Both the position numbers and the translations under genes were made by a program. A stretch of 63,261 bases of DNA, counting the filler, from Octopus bimaculoides (lineage: Eukaryota): the NCBI RefSeq assembly GCF_001194135.2. It is 5 parts of 5 records of this genome, joined end to end, with 100 filler letters (N's around TTAATTAATTAA, not from the genome) between each part and the next. Parts side by side here need not be neighbours in the genome. Positions count along the whole stretch, not along the records: positions 1 to 9,381 come from NW_026296602.1; positions 9,482 to 30,010 come from NC_068996.1; 3 more parts are not named here. One strand, 5' to 3'. The notes under the pieces were generated by a model. That model had not been told where the DNA came from. It did not search any database and saw nothing but the letters and a program-made list of their open reading frames with translations. Each line of letters starts with the position of its first letter. Positions within the stretch are counted from its first letter, which is position 1. This document shows positions 1-11,620 of the stretch, one piece after another.

Positions 1-446
1 CACACATATTGTAGAATATGTATATCTGCTTCTGTATGTAAATGTAAGCGAAAAAGAGAATAAAGATAGTTGGTGAGAGAGAGAGAGAGGAGGAAGATAG
101 TGTGAAAGATAGAGATACAAGGGAGAGAGGGAGACACTTGGAAGAACAATTTGATGTCGACAGCTAATTTTACAGTAAATTAACACTCCAACACTAGACA
201 AATTATCATTTTAATGACTAAGTGATGAAGCCCTTTAAAATAGTACCGTGTCTGATTGACCAATTCCATCTATATCCTAGATTTTAATGACATGAATCAG
301 TCTAGAATTGTACCAATCAGTTGTCGTGGAAGTGTGGTAGCTGTAGATATTTCTTTATTAAATCAATCTTCGTAATTTTGTAATTCAAAAGTTTTTCTCT
401 GTGAATCTATCGAAATGTTCAACTTTGGTAAATTACCTAAAGTTTC

Positions 447-477
<31 letters not shown>

Positions 478-899
478 TGTATGTATAGTGCTGTCACGTC
501 TCTTATATATAAAGTTGTAATTGTCTTCAGAAGTAAGAGAGTTACTGGCGGATGTCCGAATCGATAATGTACCGGACAGAAGCACTACCCGAACAATACA
601 ACGAAGTAGCAACTAGTTCCTGGACATTTGAACCACTAGAAATAATAGTTACTGATGTCTCTGATTAGGCTTGATATACTGTGTAAGAAAAGAATACTGC
701 AAAACAAAAGAAAAAGAATGGGATGATCACGTGTACATCTTATCGCTCTAAGCTGATCTGTGTTAAAGATCCAGAACTATTACCTATTGTCTAATAGAAC
801 ACTTGAAGATGTAAAATAGGAGACAGTCACTACTGCTAAAAATTCCAACTGACACACAGTGACTCATTGTATTCAATCATATTGATTGTGTATAAGCCC

Positions 900-1500
900 T
901 GTCACAATAATGAACAAAAGTCAGGTTAAACTACAACGTGCTAGAACTGTAATCTAACTCAGAAGAACACTTGTATAATACCACGACAATACAACTAAAA
1001 TAGCCGCCCAGAATACTGCAAAAACACATTAGGACACTTCTATCACTTAAAACACTAGTATCACATTACAGAACACTACTATAACAACTGAGAATACAGT
1101 CATAACACAAAATATTGTAGAAGATTACTATAATACCACAGAGGACTTCCCATAACATTGCTATAACACACGATAATGATACTATAACCCCGCTCTCAGA
1201 ACACGCCCACAACACTGAGGGATACTACTATAAACTATAACAACCCCTCAGAACAAGACTACGATAACTTAAGACACTATTTTTTAGAGTAGCACCAGAA
1301 CAATACTACAATACACTAGAACATTACAATAATATTACACAGTATCACTGTAAGACTCATTGCACTTAAATTATACACCAGAATACTAAAATAGTGTCTT
1401 AAAAACAAAATACTCTGCTTCCCACATTACTCAAACAAACATAAATACAACATTCACAGAGAGAATTAACAACAGTATTGTAAAAATACTTACTAACTCA
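900..1500. repeat. Degenerate A/C-rich tandem repeat (AGAACACT/ACTATAAC-like motifs)
   Basis: Motifs such as agaacact, actataac and gaatact recur throughout a G-poor stretch; unit length not resolved by eye. Confidence 0.5.
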
Positions 1501-1979
1501 ATATTGTCAGCCATAGGCACTGATCAGGTATGCATACCTGCTTGCCCGTTTCGAGTGCAGCAGCCAACAAAATATACAACATGACAGAACTCGAGTGGAT
1601 GACAGACATAATAAACAAAGGGAAATATGTCACATTGGAGCAAACATGATTAAATCTTGTATGGTAGGAAATATAACTTATTTTCCAGGTGGAAATTGCA
1701 ACTGTATTTTACAGCTAGTTTTTCGAGAACGGTAACAGTAACATTGCATCGTTGGTAAGATAATAGCATATAATGTTCTGTAACAGCCATGCCTCCACTC
1801 TTTTGTTTCTTTTTTATGGAATCTAAAGGAAGGGGCTGTGTTCATGATATTTGCAGACCTTCTGAATCTCGGTAACATTGATGCCATGAATGTCCCTTGA
1901 AACATTTGCAGTGATGTCTTAAGTAGAGGTTCATGGAGCAAGGATTGGACATAATCTGCTCTGAGGACTACTATATTAT

Positions 1980-2188
1980 TTTCTACTCTTGGCACAAGGT
2001 CCGAAATTTTTGGGGAGGGGGCCAGTCGATTAGATCGATCCCAGTACGCAACTTGTACTTAATTTATAGACCCCGAAAGGATGAAAGGCAAAGTTGACCT
2101 CGATGGAATTTGAACTCAGAGCATAAAGACATGAAATACCGCTAAGCATTTCGCCCGGCGTGCTAACCATTCTGCCAGCTCACCGCCT
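1980..2188 (-). mobile_element. tRNA-derived SINE family A (Meta-domain-like core), full length, 20-bp TSD
   Basis: Minus strand reads GGCGGTGAGCTGGCAGAATGGTTAGC (A box)...GAGTTCAAATTCC (B box)...GCCTTTCATCCTTTCGGGGTC core. Flanked by direct repeat TCTGAGGACTACTATATTAT at 1960-1979 and 2189-2208. Confidence 0.9.
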
Positions 2189-3786
2189 TCTGAGGACTAC
2201 TATATTATCGACAGAAAATGCAAGGGGGGGGGAGAATACAGACAGAGGGAGAGAAGGAGAAAGAAAGAGATGATGCTGATGAGCAGAAAGTACACCTGAA
2301 AGTAAGAGGCTGTTGCGTTTGTGCTTGATTATAGGTCAATCAGTCGAGTGATCTGTCTTCGAATGCGGTCCACGATATCTGTACGATGCAGCATCTTTGT
2401 CCCAAATACTGTATCCTATTGTAGGATTCCCTTCAGACATTTATATATATATTTTTTTTTGATAGTTTCAATAAAATTTTGAAATATTTTTACAGCTCTG
2501 AAAACAAGGGACAGTTTTGCGGATACATTTCGAACTAATGATAAAATCTAAAAAATTAAATAAATAAAAAAAACACCTTAGCACAAAATAATTCAGTCCA
2601 CTTATCAGGAAACAGTTATCATAGGGTATTTAAAACTTATTACTCAAGGCACAGACAATACTAAAGTTGTTGTTTAGTTAAGAGAGAGTTCAAACTTAGC
2701 TATTCATATGGGCTTGTAGAGGGTTGGGTTTTGTCCATCTGATATGCCTTATATACACACATAATAACATTAAGCTCCAATGTCTACACGATGCAATCTC
2801 TTATGAAACTTCACTTTTTTTCTATATACACTTTATAATGACTAAAGCATTGTATTTTAAATTTCTGTACAGAAGAGCATCAACCAACAACCCAAAAATC
2901 CTTTCCTTGTATTCAACATAAAAGCCTAGTACTATATCAATAGTGTGTCATTATTAAAACACAGCATTTGTCAGTTCCACGTTTGTTATTTTTAATTTCC
3001 AATTTCATATTGTATAGCATGAATGACGTTGTGTAACACGACTTTTGTATTTAGGTAGCAACTATTATTTCCTAAAAAGTTTTCAAAATGGCTAATATTT
3101 CAGACTTTGTTTTCCTAAGATTGTCTCTACTTGGACAGTAAGAAGTAAACTGAATACTTAAAATCATGATCCCTGTATTTATACTGCGATTTAAGTTGCC
3201 AGAACTTGGAAATTCTTGAAACAGAAACTTCTCGGAAGTTCTTGAAATTTCTAGTAAGTTCTAGAAAATTCTGCTTCAGCAAGTCAGTGTTGAATCTGTC
3301 TGAAATGAAATAGAAAATAGGTCCGTTTCAAAACATTTGTATCCAGGTCACAAAAACAAAGTTTGAGGGGGAAAAGTAGTAATTTCCGTTGATTTCTAGA
3401 TAGAAGGAAATAGGAAATAATAATTACTGATAAGATTAAACAATAAATAAATAAAAAAATTATACAGTGCTATTCTATTTTCCTTTTGCTTTTTTTATGA
3501 GAGAAAGACAGAGCTCATGACTCTTATAAGGGATTCCGAGACTAATGGAAGGCAAGGAAACGATATTTTGAAACCAGAGACCTGGTCTGAATGCTTGCAA
3601 CAAAATCAGCTCTAGCTAAGGATACCCACGATGCTATAAGATGGTGTTAAACCTGGCAACCAACAATATATTTTACTATTCAAATAGGCCATGATGGGAT
3701 CTGAAATCAGAATGCAAACAACCTGAATATGCTTGCATGTGGGAATTTGGCTGTATGGTCTCTTCGTTATACTAAAATATGAAGAG

Positions 3787-3982
3787 TTATCTTATGTCCA
3801 TTGTCCGGAAATCTTTCGTCATACATCTGTAACCGCTTCAGCGACCCTTTCCGTCAACGTGAGACCTCCTGCTCCGCTTACAATGGACCAAGCGGAGCAG
3901 GAGGTCTCACGTTGACGGAATGGGTCGCTGAAGGGGCTACATATGTGTGACGAAAGATTTGCGGACAATGGACATAAGATAA
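3787..3982. repeat. Long inverted repeat, 93-bp arms with 10-nt loop
   Basis: 3787-3879 is the reverse complement of 3890-3982 with 6 mismatches; loop ACAATGGACC. Confidence 0.95.
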
Positions 3983-4105
3983 AATAAGAACAGTAATAAA
4001 TGAGTGAAGAACGAGTATATAGTGCGTGTGTTTATTTGGGCAAGGAAGGGGGGGGGGAATGACCATTCTGAAACAAAAATATGTTTCAACACACGGTTTC
4101 ACATC

Positions 4106-4200
<95 letters not shown>

Positions 4201-4223
4201 CATACATACATATATATACATAT

Positions 4224-4709
4224 AGGGTGCAGTGAATAAACTCGTCTATATTTCGCAAAAATGAAAATAACACTAACATCTCATTTTGACAGATATATTT
4301 ACCAAAATTACATAATTATATCTTCAAATATTAAACAATAAATTTATCCGATAAAATTGCCATTCGCTTCAACCACGAACTTCAGACGACTTCGGAATCT
4401 TCTGCAACTCTTCTGGACGGTTTCCTTGTTTAAGTTGTTGAATGCTGCTATAATCCTTGCCTTCAGTTCATCTTTTGTTTTACTAAGAGTTTTGTTGGCC
4501 TCTCGCTCAACTGCGCCCCACGCATAATAATCAAGCGGGGTGCAGTCTGGGGGATTAGGCGGCCTGATGTTAGAGGTGACGTGGTCGCAGATATTGTCTG
4601 ACAGCTGTGATTTGGCTCTCCCAGTTGCGTGGCATGGTGCAGAGTCCTGTTGCCAGACATTCGGCCTTCCAGCAGCGACCATCTTGACCCAGGGCAGCAC
4701 TACCTCCAC
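4224..4709 (-). mobile_element. Tc1/mariner DD37D (maT-type) transposase 3' remnant
   Basis: ORF 4344-4796 has WQQDSAPCH...PPNPPDCTPLDYYAWG...RFRSRLKFVVEANG with 37 residues between the second and third D. A TA plus GGGTG-type terminus lies near 4222. Confidence 0.85.
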
Positions 4710-4764
4710 GACCTGTTCACTGACAAAATTCTGTGCAGCACAAAATTTTGTCAGTGAACAGGTC
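4710..4764. repeat. 55-bp near-perfect palindrome
   Basis: GACCTGTTCACTGACAAAATTCTGTGC-A-GCACAAAATTTTGTCAGTGAACAGGTC: 27-bp arms, 1 mismatch, 1-nt spacer. Confidence 0.95.
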
Positions 4765-4974
4765 ACAGTCTCAAAGCGACGAAAATATTTTGACAAATTA
4801 AATTTAAATGTTGAAGTGAATCNNNNNNNNNNNNNNNNNNNNNNNNNNNNAGTGAATCAAACGGATTTTGTGTGTTATTTTAAATGGCTTATAAACACCT
4901 TACACGCTGCAATTGTTTTCGTTCCAGCACACGATCTCAGATCAGGTCACTTGCTATGCAAGTGCATCTCCGTA

Positions 4975-5036
<62 letters not shown>

Positions 5037-5039
5037 ATG

Positions 5040-5175
5040 TTTATGCGTGTGTGTGTCTATCTTTGGGTCTGCGTTTGCCCCCCATCATCGCTTGACAACC
5101 GGTGCTGGTGTGTTTACGTCCCCGTAACCTAACGGCTTGGCAAAAGAGCCCGATAGAATAAGTTCCAGGCTTTCA
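5040..5175 (+). mobile_element. SINE family B, 3' half
   Basis: tttgccccccatcatcgcttgacaaccggtgctggtgtgtttacgtccccgtaacc...gatagaataag matches the 3' half of the copy at 12660-13118. Confidence 0.8.
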
Positions 5176-5745
5176 AAAAGATAAATTTGAAATTTCTGAT
5201 ATTAGATTGTAATCTATTCACATTTTATTGTTAAGGCGGAATGCGTCGCTACTTTACAAGAAACAACTTCTGTATTACAAACACACGCACCCCCCTCTCT
5301 CTCTCACACACACGCGCGCACGCGCACGCACACGCACACACACACACACACACACGCACTCGTGCCAATGCAACTTTATATTTCGTGATTCGATTGATAA
5401 TGTTTACTGAATAAAATATACGATTGAGACATGTTACTATGTGAAGGAAAACACGGTTAGTAGAGCAAAATTATTCTAATCCTGGAGATTCTAACTAAGA
5501 ACCAAAACGACTGAAGGTATGTGCTGTGCAAGCCCATGGTAGAATACCCTAATATTTCCAAAATATAATTTGCATTCATTTTTCCCAGACTATATTTGGT
5601 TTTGTTTCAATTTTAGAAAAATGCACAAATAAACAATATCCACTTAACAATGAATGCAAATAATTTGCCGACAAATCCCGGATGTGAAATACCAGGATGT
5701 TGTGAAGTAGGTTTTAAGTACAGTTTTGTCTATAACACTATAGAC

Positions 5746-5780
5746 TAGTGGTTCTCAAACTGAGGTCCGCGAAAGGATGC
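5746..5780 (+). mobile_element. hAT/Charlie-like terminal fragment
   Basis: TAGTGGTTCTCAAACTGAGGTCCGCG resembles the CAGTGGTTC terminus of the MITE at 27723; no partner end found. Confidence 0.4.
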
Positions 5781-6274
5781 TGAAGTATTGTGACAACGGG
5801 TTGACCTGAGATAGTTAGCTTTTAAAATTTCAAGACTAACAATTGAGTGTGTGTGTGTGTGTGCGTATCCATCTGTGAGTGTGTGATTTCATTATTGTTC
5901 ATATTTACTTTTGTATATAGGCGTATGTAAAAGTACACAATACATGCATTTCATTTTCTTCAAATCATTCGTATCTGAAGACACATTCCTCTTCCTATTT
6001 TCATGTTCTTTAATTCGACACTACACACATACCTAATGCAAAATAGACACAAATACACATCCATAAGAATAAACAAACAATTTTATATGACTATCTGTCT
6101 GTCTGTCTGTCTGTATATCTATCTATCTATCTAGCTAGCTAGCTATCTATATGCTGCCCGTCTGCCTGCCTGTCTGCTTGCCTGTCCACCTGGCTGCCTA
6201 CCGGCCTCTCTGCCTCTCTGCCTGTCTGTCTATCTATTTGCTTGCCTATCTATCTGACTGTCAAGAGAAGATGG

Positions 6275-6495
6275 AATAATCCTTTCAACAACAGGCACAA
6301 TGCCTGAAATTTTGTGGGCATTGGACTAGTCGATTACATGGACGCTAGTGCTCATCTGATACTTATTTCATTCGACTCCGGAAGGATGAAAGGCAAAGCC
6401 GACCTCTGCGGAATTTGAACACAGAACATAAAGACGGTCGAAATGATAACTAAACATTTTTTCCGGTGTTGCTAAAGATTCTGCTAGATCGCGTA
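6275..6495 (-). mobile_element. SINE family A, diverged
   Basis: gaaggatgaaaggcaaagccgacctctgcggaatttgaac core with aggcacaa tail. Confidence 0.8.
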
Positions 6496-6892
6496 TTAGA
6501 CGATGAAATAATAACCGTCATCCGAGAAGTCCAGTGTAACAACCAAGACATGAAGTTTACTACTTTAAGGACTCCAGCAGTTATATTGGACATTTTACTG
6601 CAACACGTTTTCGTAGTCACCACATGTAAATTATTTACATGTTTGCTCGACCGTTCCACATGACTTTGATATTACCTTACCATTGCGATCAATCAATTTT
6701 ATGATTCAACTGTATTACTTGCCAGTATTTGTAAATCTATTTGTAATTTAAACGGGAACCGAACAGGGAACGGAATAGGACATGAAACAGTGTAATGGAA
6801 ACGGGAACTGGAAATAACCCCCGGATAATTCAGCTGGTATAAATATACATATATATGTATATGTATGTGCGTATGTGTGTTCGCGCGCGCGC

Positions 6893-6930
<38 letters not shown>

Positions 6931-7324
6931 CGTTCACTTTACACTACAGATTTCCCACTATCAGTCATTCTTTATTTATCCATTTAGTCTCCTCTTCTAA
7001 GTGTGAGCACGAACTAAAGCAAACTTGCAAATTATTATGACATGCGCGCATGACCACCCCTCCCCCCGTCATGCATATTGGGTGAGTGCATGCACTTATA
7101 AGTCTGTATGACTAGCGCGTGTGCTGTGTGAGTGTCTGTATATGTCTGCGTTCTAGTGCTCCTAAGTGGCCAAATAATTCGCACTTACGCTAAGAATTAT
7201 TTTGTTATGCTCTCCGTTTTAGCGTGAATAAGAATACGATATATTAAGTTGAGAGAAATTATGTAGCTAAAAAAGAGACGTGCACCTAAAGAAACAGCAG
7301 GAACAATCGAGTGTCCACAGTTAT

Positions 7325-7560
7325 TTTGTATTCTTTAATTCTTTTACTTGTTTCAGTCATTTCATTGTGGCCATGCTGGAGCACCACCTTAAAGGGTATT
7401 TTTAGTCGAAGAAATCGACCCCAGAACTTTTTATTTGTAAGCCTAGTACATATTCTATCAGTACTTTTGCCGAACCACTAAGTTACGGAGACATAAACAC
7501 GCCAACATCGGTTATCAAGCAATGGTGGGGAAACAAACACAGGCAGAGACACTCACATAA

Positions 7561-7565
<5 letters not shown>
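7325..7565 (-). mobile_element. SINE family B, 3' half up to internal (TA)n and gap
   Basis: ttttacttgtttcagtcattt...gccatgctggagcacc...gccgaaccactaagttacgg diagnostic sequence. Confidence 0.85.
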
Positions 7566-7607
<42 letters not shown>

Positions 7608-8000
7608 NNNNNNNNNNNNNNNNNNNNNNNNNNNNNNNNNNNNNNNNNNNNNNNNNNNNNNNNNNNNNNNNNNNNNNNNNNNNNNNNNNNNNNNNNNNNN
7701 NNNNNNNNNNNNNNNNNNNNNNNNNNNNNNNNNNNNNNNNNNNNNNNNNNNNNNNNNNNNNNNNNNNNNNNNNNNNNNNNNNNNNNNNNNNNNNNNNNNN
7801 NNNNNNNNNNNNNNNNNNNNNNNNNNNNNNNNNNNCCATATATATTTTATTTCTCTCCGCTTATGTTCCAAAATGATGTTTTTCACTGCCTTGTGACTCC
7901 CTATTCTATAAACAAATCCAGGTAAAAAAAAAAACACAGGAAGAAAAGTCACAGGGCAAAAAGTCATGGAAAAATGTCGCGTGTAATGCCATCATATATA

Positions 8001-8220
8001 TTTCTTTACTGCCCACAAGGGGCTAAACATAGAGGAGACAGACAAGGGGATTAAGTCGATTACATCGACCCCGGTGAGTAACTGGTACTTTATTTATCGA
8101 CCCCGAAAGGATGAAAGTCAAAGTCGACCTCGGTAGAATTTGAACTCAGAACGTAACGGCAGACGAAATACCGCTAAGCATCTCGCCCAGCTCGCTAACG
8201 TTTCTGCCAGCTCGCCGCGT
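8001..8220 (-). mobile_element. SINE family A variant with alternative tail, ~15-bp TSD
   Basis: Family A head and core. ATGCCA(T/A)CATATATA at 7986-8000 and 8221-8235 (1 mismatch). Confidence 0.85.
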
Positions 8221-8319
8221 ATGCCAACATATATAAATAGTGTTGTCAGTGAGTACAAGTCATGTACAGTCAGGTAGTAACTGATTTTAAATATTTTCTA
8301 TTTTATTATCTTAATTACT

Positions 8320-8720
8320 CTTTTTACTTTTTTACATGCTTCAGTCATTTGACTGCGGCCATGCTGGAGCATCACCTTTAGTCGATCAAATCGACCCCCA
8401 GGACTTATTCTTTGTAAGTCTAGTACGTATTCTTATGAGTTTGTTTTGCCGAACCGCTATGTTACGGGGACGTAAGCACATCAGCATCTGTTGTCAAGCG
8501 ATGGTGGGGAGACAAACATAGACAGACACAGACAGACAGACAGACAGACAGACACACAGACACACGCACACACACATACGACGGGCTTCTTTCAGTTTCC
8601 GTCTACCAAATCCACTCAAAAGGCTTTCGTCGGCCCGAGGCTATAGTAGAAAACACTTAGTAATGGTACCACGTGGTAGGACTGAACACAGAACCATGTG
8701 GTTGGTTAGCAAGCAACTTT
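8320..8720 (-). mobile_element. SINE family B, full length
   Basis: Both halves are present around an internal (AGAC)/(AC) microsatellite. Confidence 0.85.
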
Positions 8721-9381
8721 ATTTCATAAAACTTTGCCACAAAGGCATGACAGAGAAGAGACAAACAAGGACAGACAAACATAAAAATGGTGAAGTAGCT
8801 TTTACGAATGAACTGAAATTATCATGAGCATCGGGCTAAAATGCAAGCATTGGGCCGTGAAGGAATTAATGTTATCGAAATGCCGGAATCTTTTATGTTC
8901 TATGCAGAACGATTTGAATAACAGAGTTCTTTTTGTCTCTATTTCGTTGGAGGCGGGCGATATCTTAATGTCCCCGTCCTCTTCCGACATTCTCTTAAAA
9001 TATTCCTCTTATTTTTCTAGAGGAATATTAATTGTCTCTTTTTCAATGGCTGCAACAGCCGCAAACTTCTTAGCAGTGGTAGCACCATTGCCAGCACTGA
9101 CGTCTCCCTCTTCGAGGGTACATTTCTCTCTGATAATTTCGACTGACATACGCAGCCGAAATTAACCAAGTTAGAAACAAGACAGAAAATATTTTTTCTT
9201 CCTTCTAGCGAGGATAATGTCTCAAGTCCTACCCTCACTGGGGGCAGGGTTCGGTGTAAAACTTTACATCTGTTCAACAATAATTCGTTTACACAACAAA
9301 AAACAATTGTATCACTTCAACAAAAGTGGTAGCCTATAATAATAGTTCAAAAAATGTTCAGAAAAAATATAATATAGCTTT

Positions 9382-9481
9382 NNNNNNNNNNNNNNNNNNN
9401 NNNNNNNNNNNNNNNNNNNNNNNNNTTAATTAATTAANNNNNNNNNNNNNNNNNNNNNNNNNNNNNNNNNNNNNNNNNNNN
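9382..9481. other. Assembly spacer N44-TTAATTAATTAA-N44
   Basis: Exactly 100 bp; identical construct at 30011-30110, 40455-40554 and 60319-60418. Confidence 0.95.
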
Positions 9482-9848
9482 TTCTTCTTCTTCTTCCTCT
9501 TCATCTTCTCCCCCCCTTCTTCTTCTTCTTCTTCTCCTTCTTCTCCTCCTCCTCTCCCTTCTTCTTCTTCTTCTTCTTCATCTTCTCCCCCCCCTTCTTC
9601 TTCTTCTTCTTCTCCTCCTCCTCCTTCTTCTTCTTCTTCTTCTTCTCCTCTCCCTTCTTCTTCTTCTTCTTCTTCTTCTGCTTCTTCTTCTTCTTCTTCT
9701 TCTTCTTCTCCTCTCCCTTCTTCGTCTTCTTCTTCTTCTTCTTCTTCTCCTCCTCCTCCTTCTTCTTCTTCCTCTTCTTCTTCTTCTCCTCCCTCTTCTT
9801 CTTCTTCTTCTTCTTCTTCTTCTTCTTCTTCTTCTTCTTCTTCTTCTT
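9482..9848. repeat. (CTT)n/(CCT)n polypyrimidine microsatellite
   Basis: Direct reading; it generates the spurious poly-Glu ORF 9430-9867. Confidence 0.95.
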
Positions 9849-10989
9849 TATGATTTAAGACTTGCAATAATAAGAAAATTCTGTTGCTCAGCGTGAGCTG
9901 CGGACAATAACAAATTTGCGGGTTGCGAAAATATGCTATATTATGATTTTAACCAAATTAAAAAATAAAATGTTTTATCTATTAAATATGTTCTCTTAAA
10001 ATAAAAATACACTTTCAAAATTTTTGTGAATCATATACCGTTCCTTGTTCTTGCAAGAACCTCTAACAAATTATTTACTATTTTCCATTTCTTTTTATTA
10101 TATAGTCTTCTAGTTTAGATGAATTTGATTATGTTTTTACAATTACTCAAGATTAGAATTTATGTATACATACTTTTTCTTCTGTTTTTCTTGGCTATAT
10201 TCCAATCATGAGTTGTTCCTCTAACTCCTTATATAAATATACCAAACGTGAGACTCTGATGCAAAAGACATCCATAGATTAACAAACAGGCTACATTATG
10301 CTAGAATTACGCGCAAAAACCTATGTATTAGATTTTTTATGCAAACAAACATGTGGTGCAAGATCGCTTTTAGCTTTTGTTGTTCGCATTCTATATTCAC
10401 TGCGATCTGTATAATGTACAACATGATATTTCAATTTGATATTTCCTATGCACAATGTTTGTGTACATTGAAACAGAACTGAATTTTGCCAACATCGAAG
10501 ACAACCAATAGTGTTCTTAATTCTTGTGCTTACGTTTGATATTTTCCAATATAGTTTTTGTTTTTACTTTAGTTTTTAAATTAACCTATTTAAGCGATTT
10601 AATATCAGACTATCACCATGTTTTGACGATTGTCTTTCGGCTGTCGTCTAACAACCTGCATCATCAACTTCGGTTCTCTACAAACTTATAGACCGATATC
10701 AGTTACTTACCTAAGGAATTAGATATATACAGGCATCACCCTGCAAATGGAAGCGTTATGCGCGTGAAAATCTTGCCACAATGAGAAGTTTCGTAGTGCA
10801 AAACTTATTATCATATTGTGGAGAATGCATGTACTTACGAAGGCTATCTTTTCCTGGAATTCCACAGTTCACTGTGTAGATGTTTAATTCTGGTTTGTCT
10901 AACATAACATTGATTACGAAATGAATTTTTTTTTTCCTGAACAATACGCAAGTTTGTAGCTGATAGCTTTCTTACAAATTTATTTGACT

Positions 10990-11620
10990 CGATCCCACTA
11001 TTTCTGGAAGGGACGTTGGTGGTAGAGTTCTCAGGCTCTTCTTCCATACGGTTCTGTCACAAGCAACCGTCATTATACCTTCCGGCTGGATTCGCAAGTG
11101 CGACCAACTAAGAGTAAGGATATTATGCAGCCATCTCGTTCTTGATCTCTGGCTGGTTGGTTTGCTTGAAGAATCCATTCTGTTACTCTTTTCTGCGACA
11201 TACAAATCCCATCTCCGTAGCACATGAGCTGTGACATCTCAATGTGGAGAAGTAACAGCTCGAACTGGAGAGATTCCTTGATCTTCGAGATTCGCACCCT
11301 GTCGAATAACGTTACTACAGAGATCCTTCAGAGGAACCCTATTTCAGCAGCTTGTATTCGGAATCGTACACTTTCCGTCATTACATCATATTCGTGACCA
11401 TAGGTGAAGATAAATACAGAAACCGAATAGAAAATCTTAGCTTTTTTACCAGCCTCTCTTCCTGCCTCTTTTGGTGTGCACGCATTACTGTGTCTGCACC
11501 TACAATTCTAGCATCCAAATAGCTTTCTACTTTCCGTCACTCGTGACAATTTACCGAAGTTAAGTTGCCTTAAATTAGTACCTAATGTTCTTTGAAGAAA
11601 CTATATAATTTTACAATTTT
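10990..11620 (-). mobile_element. RTE-clade (Expander/Rex3-like) LINE 3' fragment, decayed
   Basis: Minus-strand frames give FTYGHE..VMTE..RFRIQAAE, RISKIKESLQFELLLLHIEMSQL and SRTRWLHNILTLSWSHLRIQPE..VACDRTVW..L..LPP, with stops and frameshifts. Confidence 0.8.

Noticed and set aside
6740-6845. Helitron-like 3' end (CCCGG...CAGCTGGT)
   Set aside because: No convincing hairpin, no CTAG terminus and no 5' TC end located.
9430-9867. 145-aa poly-Glu/Gly ORF
   Set aside because: Translation of a (CTT/CCT)n microsatellite running into N's; no splice or homology support.
10711-10936. Two minus-strand exon-like segments (10936-10839 and 10740-10711) with GTAAGT donors and a 98-nt intron-like spacer; peptide ...NIYTVNCGIPGKDSL
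   Set aside because: The 30-nt segment has a stop in all three frames, the first acceptor is weak, and GTAAGT is common by chance in AT-rich DNA. It could at most be non-coding splicing; RNA-seq would decide.
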